DNA of 9,103 bases from Rotaria magnacalcarata (taxonomy: Eukaryota), in contig CBCPNL020002347.1 of the NCBI GenBank assembly GCA_965120345.2, positions 3,775 to 12,877 on the forward strand, in the 5' to 3' direction. The notes beneath the pieces were generated by a model. That model was not told the DNA's origin. It saw only the letters and a program-made list of their open reading frames with translations, and searched no databases. Shown here piece after piece: positions 1 through 7,524 of this stretch. The position numbers and the translations under genes were made by a program. How positions within the stretch are numbered: position 1 is the first letter of the stretch; each line of letters begins with the position of its first letter.

Positions 1-27
1 CAACAATTGTGGGGGCATGTAAAACTT

Positions 28-102
28 CCCCCCCCTGGGCGGAGGGAAAAAAAATTAAAAAAAGTGCCCCCCCCCCCACTCCCCCCCCCCCCCCCCCCCC
101 CC
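28..102. repeat. C-homopolymer-rich low-complexity tract (C8 at 28-35, C11 at 67-77, C22 at 81-102)
   Basis: Direct reading; the runs are interrupted only by short G/A-rich sequence and by ACT at 78-80. Confidence 0.9.
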
Positions 103-1455
103 GACAATACTCGCATCGGTGTCACTTGCTCTATAAGGGTAAATAACTTCTCAGATACTTGATCTCACGATACATGCTCCCTAACGATTGCCGCTCCCGA
201 GTGACAGTAAGTCCCAGTAAAATTGCTCCTCAAATCTTTTCAGCAGCACTCTTATTAATTGCCTGAATATAAGGGTATCAGTACATGTTAATGCAAAATT
301 TCAAACTACAAACCTCACACACTCTCATATAAAGTAGCACCCTCATACGTACTGACACCGACAGCCACACCCGCAAACACACAATTCCTCTTTCAATCAA
401 TATAAGTCCTGCTAACTAGAATTGAGGAGCAACTGTTCAGAAAGTAAGTATCAGATGATCAACGGTTGTTGGAGAGCAGCTGTCTCTGGAGAGCAGTTGT
501 CACAGGAAAGAAACTGTTCCTACGCAGCAACCACCGCTTGTGTCTTTTGTGTTACCCAACGTCATAAATGAAGTCGAAAAAAACATGTTAGTACAGCCTA
601 TTCATGGGTTGATATGTGGAACTCACACTGCAAATCCTATAAATTTAATGGTATATTGTCAGGTATTCTATGGTAATCTATTTTAATAAATGTCAAGTAG
701 ATGAATGCATCAAAATTATAATTATTTATGTAATCGATATGCGCGTTTTGATATTTTCTTATTTAAAAAATGTCCGCATTTTTTATCATTTTGCTGCAGC
801 CTAATTTAATTTATTCCACATTGTGATATCACAACAAATTATTTTTATTGTGGGATACATTTTTAATGCCTAATCCTTTTGTTTCTCAATTCTCAGTTAA
901 CTAGACTAATCATATTATCACTTTACTGATTGGCACTTACAATGAAATGCTTGTGATGCGTTAAAACTACCCCATCCAGACCATATTAAGAACAGATACA
1001 ATCTATAGGGTTCCAGGATGATCTAAACTATTGTTACTTAAATCTATTCTCCCTTTTCTGGGTAAAACCATCCAATAATTTTTAGTTTTACTCACTTCAA
1101 ATGCTAAAGCAATTCATCCAAAAATATTTGATTCGGCGATACCTCGTTATTAGGACCCGGGCACTGAAGGTGTAAAAATCTCAATTTGAAAGTAACACTC
1201 ATTATGTTGTTCAAAAATCTAAGTAAATTCTATAAACGAATAAGCTAAATAACAAAATAAAAACAGCACCTACAGAAAATTACACGCAACACCGTTTTCC
1301 TTTTTGTTTCTGTCAGTGCCGATTTGCGCTTAAATAGTGTGCTGCAATGCACAACACTTGGAATATTCTTGTGCGCATTTTGTTTGCAAACAAAAGAATT
1401 TCTTTTCGTTTTTATTATTTTCAAATGGACTCATGAGGGCCTCACTGCGCCTGCA

Positions 1456-1467
1456 GGTGTGGGTGTG
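1456..1467 (+). repeat. Short telomere-like block GGTGTGGGTGTG
   Basis: About two units of TGTGGG in G-rich orientation. Confidence 0.5.
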
Positions 1468-1869
1468 TATGTGATTATGCCAAAAAATTCCATAGAAGAA
1501 ATTAATCCCGATAGCATAAGTCCCGGTAGTCTCTCTCTATTATAATCGAAACAAAACCAGTCATTGTAAATTTCCAACTATGATTTCATATGACGCAATA
1601 GTGGCGATGCTCTTGAATGGGCAACATGTCTGTTTACCATTCAACAAAAGCAGGTAGAAAAAGAAAGTAAAAAGCAAGCAGCAGCAAAATACCACAGTAT
1701 TTCATTCTTTTACTAAATTCTACTCAGTAGAAACCGAATAATTTCATGAAAGATGTTCCCGTTACAATTGTCCCAAAATACTTACTTTGGCTACAGTGTT
1801 GGCACGTGTGTATCGACTTGGGCTAGTGTGTGTGTGCTTATAGTTCTGGTCTGACACAGTAGTATCCAA

Positions 1870-1884
1870 GGCTGTGGGTGTGGG
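1870..1884 (+). repeat. Short G-rich telomere-like block GGCTGTGGGTGTGGG
   Basis: Two units of TGTGGG; forms an inverted pair with 1921-1935. Confidence 0.65.
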
Positions 1885-1920
1885 CGTGAATGCGCATGCG
1901 GGTCTATTTCTTTATCAAAA

Positions 1921-1935
1921 GCCACACCCACACCC
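1921..1935 (-). repeat. Short C-rich telomere-like block GCCACACCCACACCC
   Basis: Two units of CCCACA orientation, followed by TCAAGA, as at 4611-4629. Confidence 0.7.
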
Positions 1936-2637
1936 TCAAGATCATTTTTTGCTTAAAGGATCTCAGCGGTAACAGAACTATGAGTTTCCACTCTATGAAA
2001 TACTAATTCAGCACAGCATCAACTTTCTACTATTTATCTAACAGTATTTAAATGATGTCTTAAGATTTTTATCATACCGCCTTGTTCAAAGTCCCATCAA
2101 TATTGGAACTTATTATAAGTAGAGGGAACAATAAGAGCTGGTACTAGGGTGTAATAGAGTAGAGTAATTATACGTATAATCGTCTGGCCACTAAATCAGC
2201 TTGTTCTACTGTTATCCAATGCATTACTCTAGTGTACACATCAAACAATGAATTGTTTCGATGAAATTTTCTAAAATTCTTGCTAAGTGTGTTTTGATTC
2301 AGACGTACTGTACACGAAGATGCATAGTTTTCGATGAACGGCTAAGCTTTCAAAATGATTACCATTATATCAAACACATATAACAAAAACGATGATACTA
2401 ATATGGTTGTGATTCATCATTTTAGATACGACTATTCTCATAACTCCACAATCTATTTCACCAGCTCGAAAGCAAGAAAAATGTAATAGGGAACTGATTT
2501 AGGGACTACGAGTATGAGCTGCATGTGTAATGAGAAAACTCAAATCGGTCTTGTTTCGTCTAATCTTTTGTCGTTCACTAACAGAAAATTTTCACACCCA
2601 AGACCAGATCCAATTTTTAACACTAAACTGTTTCAAA

Positions 2638-2726
2638 GGGTGTGGGTGTGGGTGTGGGTGTGGGTGTGCGTATGGGTGTGGCTGTGGGGTGTGGGTGGGT
2701 GCGAGTGTGGGTGGGTGCGAGTGTGG
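2638..2726 (+). repeat. Interstitial telomeric repeat array, G-rich orientation (TGTGGG)n plus degenerate units
   Basis: GGG followed by four perfect TGTGGG units (2641-2664), then degenerate G-rich units, including two perfect copies of the 16-mer GTGTGGGTGGGTGCGA at 2689-2704 and 2705-2720. Confidence 0.9.
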
Positions 2727-2756
2727 CTGCAGTTCCTCAACGCTTAATGTAAAACG

Positions 2757-2778
2757 CCCACACCCACACCCACACCCC
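2757..2778 (-). repeat. Interstitial telomeric repeat, C-rich orientation (CCCACA)n
   Basis: CCCACACCCACACCCACACCCC; inverse orientation to 2638-2726, with about 30 bp between. Confidence 0.9.
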
Positions 2779-2925
2779 AAGATATAACTCCTGCTTTTTT
2801 TTGATAATTACTATACGAATCAATAAACTTCCAGTTAGTCATTCGGTGAATTATAAAATCAGAAAATATTCTAGATATAGAGTCAAGATGAATTTTGTTA
2901 GATTTGATTAGAATATTAAATTTTT

Positions 2926-2944
2926 AAATAAATAAATAAATAAA
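2926..2944. repeat. Simple (TAAA)n microsatellite
   Basis: aaataaataaataaataaa read directly. Confidence 0.8.
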
Positions 2945-2996
2945 CATTTCTTCTATTTTCAGATATATATACATCTCTAGCCCTGAAGAGGTGACC

Positions 2997-3156
2997 GCAC
3001 ATATCGTCGCACGACATTTCGTCGCGTTCACTTCGTCGCAATCATTTCGTCGCATGATCACTTCGTCGCAGAAAAATTCTTTTCGTTCTGTTCGTCCCTA
3101 TCTATTTGTCTCTTCTCTCTTAATGAATTATTTTTTTTGTGTATAACCAATGGAAA
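2997..3156 (+). repeat. Left terminal inverted repeat (160 bp)
   Basis: Matches the reverse complement of 3946-4135; begins with 5 copies of CGTCGC spaced about 14-16 bp. Confidence 0.88.
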
Positions 3157-3945
3157 ACTTATCAGTTAATTTCTGTATAGTTTGTGCATACTTAACATAC
3201 AACATCATGAGGAATAGATTGAGAAAAAAAATATAAGCAAAAAACCAAAACTAAAGAAAAAAAATGATCTGAAGAGTTATGTTGGCTGCTATATTTTTTA
3301 AGAATTGATCTAGTTGAGATGAGCCGAGGGAGTTGATCAGTCTAATTTTAATGTCAATTTTTAATTAGATAATATGAAAACGACCGGGCTTCGGAGCATG
3401 AGAGTGTGATATTAGTGCTGAGAGAAATGTGTTCAAGGATAAATTGGCATAACAACGAGTTTTATTGATAAATGATTTTTATTTCAATTAATTGACTGAT
3501 GTTCAAAAGGATCTTAGCTTTACAATCTTGATTCTGAGATCGAAGAATAAATTCCGTCGTTATTGTAAATTTTTTAGTATAGATGTAACCTTGGAGCATC
3601 ATTACTTTTTCTTTTATAAAAAACAGTTTTCCTGTTTGAGACATTTTTCTTGAGAAGTAGTGCGCATTGAAAGTTGAAATTGAGAAGTGAAATGTATTTT
3701 TTTTATTTCACATGGTTCCATAGTTAAGAATCTCGGATCAGTGTTTTTTAGTTTAGGTTACACTGAAATTCATGAAGCGAGTGACCATTTTGATTAGTCT
3801 TTATTAGCTTTAGCACTATCACAATTAAATGAGAATACCATTTTTTATTGATCCTTTTACCAAATTAAAACTATATGTCTTAGCACAATTAATTATTTAT
3901 CGCTTTTGTACACATTTCTGATAATTTTTCATTTAATTTATGCTA

Positions 3946-4135
3946 TTTCCATTGGTTATACACAAAAAAAATAATTCATTAAGAGAGAAGAGACCAATAG
4001 ATAGGGACGAACAGAACGAAAAGAATTTTTCTGCGACGAAGTGTCGTGCGACGAAATGCTCTGCGACGAAGTGATCGTGCGACGAAAGGACTGCGACGAA
4101 GTGAACGCGACGAAATGTGGTGCGACGATATGTGC
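3946..4135 (-). repeat. Right terminal inverted repeat (190 bp)
   Basis: Reverse complement matches the left arm; carries two additional CGTCGC units (30 bp). Confidence 0.88.
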
Positions 4136-4138
4136 TAG

Positions 4139-4186
4139 TGCCCCCTGAAGAGTACTATCTTATCAAAGATACGAAACGCGTCGGCA
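4139..4186 (+). ncRNA. Hammerhead ribozyme-like motif 1 (possibly degenerate)
   Basis: Core CUGAAGA (4145-4151), stem II UAUCUU-AUCA-AAGAUA (4156-4171), GAAA (4173-4176), palindromic ACGCGU, then C4182 as putative cleavage site. Stem I is weak: TGCC(CC) against GGCA. Confidence 0.45.
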
Positions 4187-4532
4187 AAGTTAAGCTCAAA
4201 ATTTTTCAAAATATTTCTTATATTTATCACACAAAGAAATCATTATATATTCAATTCAAATTCGACTTTGATCGGTTGCTGAAAAGCAAGAGTTGAGACT
4301 AGCAAATTGATTTGTCTTTTCGTTAAGAGATAGATTGATTTGTTTTTGAATTGATCTATTATGTTAAGTATATTCCTTTCGAATATAATAGTAATGATTG
4401 TTTCTTTTTGGCGATTTTCTTTATTGGAAAATTCCTTTATTGAAATTGATTTTATTATTATGTTTTGAATTCTAGGTTTTACTTAATGATCAGCTATTTT
4501 GTTTTCCATGTAGTCCAAAATAAGATTCTTAA

Positions 4533-4580
4533 GATACCTGACGATTGAACCCTTAAGCAAGGTTCGAAACGCGTCGTATT
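4533..4580 (+). ncRNA. Hammerhead ribozyme-like motif 2
   Basis: Stem I GAUAC (4533-4537) pairs with GUAUU (4576-4580). Core CUGACGA (4538-4544), stem II GAACC...GGUUC (4547-4551/4561-4565), GAAA (4566-4569), ACGCGU + C4575. Two extra U residues at the stem II base depart from the canonical model. Confidence 0.55.
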
Positions 4581-4610
4581 CTGCTCTGGATCTTATTGTT
4601 GAGTGATTAA

Positions 4611-4623
4611 CACACCCACACCC
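4611..4623 (-). repeat. C-rich telomere-like block CACACCCACACCC
   Basis: Two CCCACA-type units, lying 30 bp downstream of ribozyme-like motif 2 and followed by TCAAGA. Confidence 0.75.
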
Positions 4624-4776
4624 TCAAGAATTTATCATCATATATTTAAGATTTATTCTTATATATGATAGTTTATAAATTAAATTTTTGATTTTTCTTT
4701 TAAAATCATTAAATTTATTTACCATCTGATGATTCCTTTTGCAAGGATGAAATCTATAGATTATGGTAGCTAGTCA

Positions 4777-4799
4777 CGCCCCACACACACCCACACCCA
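4777..4799 (-). repeat. C-rich telomere-like block CGCCCCACACACACCCACACCC
   Basis: CCCACA-type units, about 70 bp upstream of the first coding region. Confidence 0.7.
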
Positions 4800-4874
4800 T
4801 CTGGTACAGGACAATTGATTAGTCCATCTGAAGCAAAACAAAAGTTATCCTATTCAACAACTTTAGCAATATGA

Positions 4875-5707
4875 CCAAAAGAAATAAAAACTATTGCATT
4901 ATCAAACAACAAAGATACAATAAACGAAAACGATATTTGTTTAAAATTTGTCAATCATCAACTAAATGCATTGCAACATCAATTAAAACAATATCAACAA
5001 GAAATGAATATTAAAGCAAATAATTTTCAAGGCTATACGTTGTCAATTCAAGAAAAGCTTATTGAATATATTGAAGAAAATCTTAATTCTTCGTTAAGTA
5101 AGAAAATTAAACATCAAGCGGACCTGATTCATTATGATTATCATATTCGAGCATTGGAATTAGAATATTTTCAACATAAACCAAATCAATATCAGGCATG
5201 GCCTTTTTTTTTATAATATAGACAAATCTTCGTTTAATCTATTCGATATTTTATTAGAAAAAATTAATGGCAGGAATTTGTCAAAGCAAATATGAACAAG
5301 AAATATCAGAACAAGAATATGAACTTTTAAAAACACAAATTACTTGTTATAATTCACCAAATCAATCATTGGCATGTTCAAATATATTTCATTGTCCATT
5401 ATTCAATTCTATTCAAAATATACCTCTTCGAGAAGAATTAATTCAAAAATGTAAAGATGTCGCTGAGCAAGGGCGAAATAATTTATTTAATGTTTATTTC
5501 CGGTCAGCTGAAGATCAACGAGAAGAATATAAGAAGAAACATAAAATTAATTTGGAGAAATTGAATGCATCTCAATATACATTGAATCAAAATGAAAAGT
5601 TATCTTCAATATTCGTACAACTTATTGATGAACGTTGTAATAAAATTTGTGAACGTATTCAATGTATTTATAAATTCAAGTTTGAATCTCTTTTTTTGAA
5701 ACGATAA
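4875..5707 (+). pseudogene. Coiled-coil-like, Gln/Glu/Lys-rich protein broken over several frames (possible retroelement ORF1)
   Basis: Frame 3 (4875-5216) reads EIKTIALSNNKDTINENDICLKFVNHQLNALQHQLKQYQQEMNIK...QYQAWPFFL*. The adjacent frame continues as FFYNIDKSSFNLFDILLEKINGRNLSK, then frame 2 (5267-5707) as KYEQEISEQEYELLK...LIDERCNKICERIQCIYKFKFESLFLKR*. Helical, charged composition continues across two frame changes. Confidence 0.55.
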
Positions 5708-5759
5708 ATTTAGTTTTCTTTTTGTTTCAGTTGAAATATTGTTAAAATTGTCAATTGCT

Positions 5760-5789
5760 TTTGATGTTGTTTTTCTTTTTCCTTTTCAG
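5760..5789 (+). promoter_or_regulatory. Strong splice acceptor (polypyrimidine + CAG) upstream of the first KKKKC gene
   Basis: tttgatgttgtttttctttttccttttcag|ataattgc; may receive an upstream 5'UTR exon or a trans-spliced leader. Confidence 0.5.
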
Positions 5790-5833
5790 ATAATTGCACT
5801 TGTTTTTATTCGACAATTAGATTTTGTCTAATA

Positions 5834-7356
5834 ATGATGAACGTCAATAATATGGATCGACAAGATAACGTCTTAATTTCAATTCAAGAGCCATTGAAAA
5901 AGAAAAAGTGTCATGGCAATCGAAGAAATCAACGTTTTCTAAGAAAATGTCGTGCTGAAAAAATGCAACCAGCGAAAATAGAAAAATTAATCAAGAAACG
6001 AAATCGGAACTATAAGAAAAAGAAAACGAACAAATCAAATGAAGAAACAACAAAATTAAAAAGTGATTTAGCAGCACCAGCAAAAAATTATCAATCACAA
6101 CCAATGCTTCAAACAACAACATGTTTTAATAAACGTAAACGAGATATTTCATTACAACAACTGTCATCAGCAATTACAAATCAAACAATACCTAAATCAA
6201 CGAGTTCAATATCTATTTTACAATCATCATCAAAGAAAATGAAGAATATATCAGAAACAATAAATAATAATTCAATGATCAATGAAAATAATAACGAAAT
6301 AAATAAACATATCAATTATCGGTGAGAATAATTTTTTCATAGAAAATAATTATTCATTTTATTTATTTATTGTATATATTTAGACAACCAATGTATTTAA
6401 CACGATCATCACATTTACTCTGTCAAATATTAAATAAAACTTTAAATTATTCATTGAAGAATAAAGATGAAAAAGAATTTATCTTTCAACGACTACAACT
6501 ATTAGATCAACAATTTTATTTAGAAAGGGATCAACAATTATGGCAATCTTATTTAGATCTTAGTTTACAAGAAAATTTATGGCCGGTAAATTTATTTTAT
6601 TTTATTTTATATAATTTATTAGAATCACTCTTATATTTTTATTTTATTTATATTAAGGATCAATTCTATAAAATGGCAAAAACAAATGATTTCAATTTAT
6701 GTAAACAATATACGATGAATTATATAGAAAATAATAATAATAAATTGAATTGTTGTCGATTTGAATTAACAAAACAAGAACAACAATTTCAAACATGTCC
6801 ATTTAAAGAATTATCAATTGAACATATTGAATCTCGACTTAAAGAATTAGTGGATCGTGAACGAAAATATTTATCAAAAAGAAATAATGATAAATTGATC
6901 AAATTTAAAGAAGATATTTCTGAAAAACAATTATTGAAAACAATATCTACTGCTTCTTTTATGAAAAATCAACCGGTATTTTTTTATAATTTTATATAGA
7001 ATAATTTTCTTTTTAGAACGAATATATCAATCGATTGATTACAGTACGGGAAAAACAAGCAGAAATTTGGAAAGAACAATTAATGTTAGAAATACGAATT
7101 CATTGTAAATTTTTACCGCAAAATTTTGATCATCTGGAAAAGCTGCTGTTCTCACCCACACCCCACGAAAAGGAAGAATATTATTCAATTCAGGTATGAT
7201 ATTGATCATGTCTCTTATTTATTTTGTCTTCTTATGAATCATCATTTGGTAAGCCAGTTATATGGACAGTGTCCACTTGACGAAAAGATGGCGCTTCTGA
7301 TCGATGTTCATATAATGAATACCTTTCTCAATGTCTACCAATATGTGCAACTCTAA
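5834..7356 (+). CDS. Spliced gene, join(5834..6321,6384..6585,6658..6975,7017..7193,7258..7356), 427 aa; basic N-terminal motif KKKKCHGNRRNQRF; candidate N-terminal/linker portion of an Athena-like Penelope-like RT ORF, lacking RT
   Basis: Long ORFs in the track (5834-6325, 6370-6999, the end of 7126-7356) join in frame through GT...AG introns. The remembered resemblance to N-terminal regions of bdelloid PLE proteins needs blastp/HMM confirmation. The last exon is the least certain. Confidence 0.6.
6322..6383 (+). other. Spliceosomal intron, 62 bp
   Basis: CG|GTGAGAATAA...TATATTTAG|A; joins HINY-R-QPMYL in frame and removes the TGA at 6323. Confidence 0.8.
6586..6657 (+). other. Spliceosomal intron, 72 bp, length divisible by 3 and stop-free
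   Basis: CCG|GTAAATTTATTT...TTTATATTAAG|GAT; the read-through ORF would contain the hydrophobic T-rich translation VNLFYFILYNLLESLLYFYFIYIK. Confidence 0.75.
6976..7016 (+). other. Spliceosomal intron, 41 bp
   Basis: CCG|GTATTTTTTT...CTTTTTAG|AAC; joins KNQP to NEYINRLITVREKQAEIWKEQLMLEIRIHCKFLPQNFDHLEK. Confidence 0.75.
7153..7166 (-). repeat. Telomere-like block CACCCACACCCCAC embedded in the predicted exon
   Basis: Encodes SPTPH in the reading frame; same CCCACA motif as the other junction blocks. Confidence 0.5.
7194..7257 (+). other. Probable spliceosomal intron, 64 bp
   Basis: CAG|GTATGATATT...AAGCCAG|TTA. The donor is good; the acceptor choice is uncertain. Confidence 0.5.
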
Positions 7357-7524
7357 TAAATGAAGAACACAAAGAATTAATTTATAATTATCGTCCTGCT
7401 AATGATATTACTCAATAATATTTTTATTTTTATTTTTATCTCGTCGAATTTTATTGAGCAAATATTTATATGTTTTATTATATGGAAAATCAAGTTTAAT
7501 GTTCATCTGTGGTAGTTTGATTTC

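Larger units (their letters stand above)
2997..4135. mobile_element. Non-autonomous foldback/long-TIR DNA element, about 1.14 kb, no coding content
   Basis: Left arm 2997-3156 (gcacatatcgtcgca...gtgtataaccaatggaaa) is the reverse complement of right arm 3946-4135, apart from scattered mismatches and a 30 bp difference. The 789 bp interior has no convincing ORF. Confidence 0.85.

Noticed and set aside
325-340. TATA box-like CATATAAAG
   Set aside because: No associated gene start or transcript evidence; a match of this length is expected by chance in A+T-rich DNA.
1324-1545. ORF of 73 aa, MRLNSVLQCTTLGIFLCAFCLQ...
   Set aside because: Short, isolated, non-ATG start (TTG), overlaps a telomere-like block, no domain or splice support.
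2514-2787. Three overlapping ORFs (2514-2747 +, 2530-2787 +, 2592-2780 -) with VWVWVW, GCGCGC or HPHPHP translations
   Set aside because: They are translations of the telomeric repeat array; the low-complexity peptides appear in all frames, with no homology or codon signal.
2998-3075. CGTCGCA repeats considered as a CRISPR array
   Set aside because: Units are only 7-9 bp with 5-9 bp spacers, mirrored in an inverted arm; this is a minisatellite inside a TIR in a eukaryotic context.
3462-3644. Minus-strand ORF of 60 aa inside the TIR element
   Set aside because: Short A+T-rich chance ORF; no transposase-like content.
3157-3945. Coding content inside the TIR element (transposase search)
   Set aside because: No ORF over about 60 aa with plausible composition was found in any frame; treated as non-autonomous.
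6586-6657. VNLFYFILYNLLESLLYFYFIYIK as a transmembrane segment
   Set aside because: The stretch is bounded by GTAAAT...TTAAG and is T-rich; a 72 bp in-frame intron explains it better.
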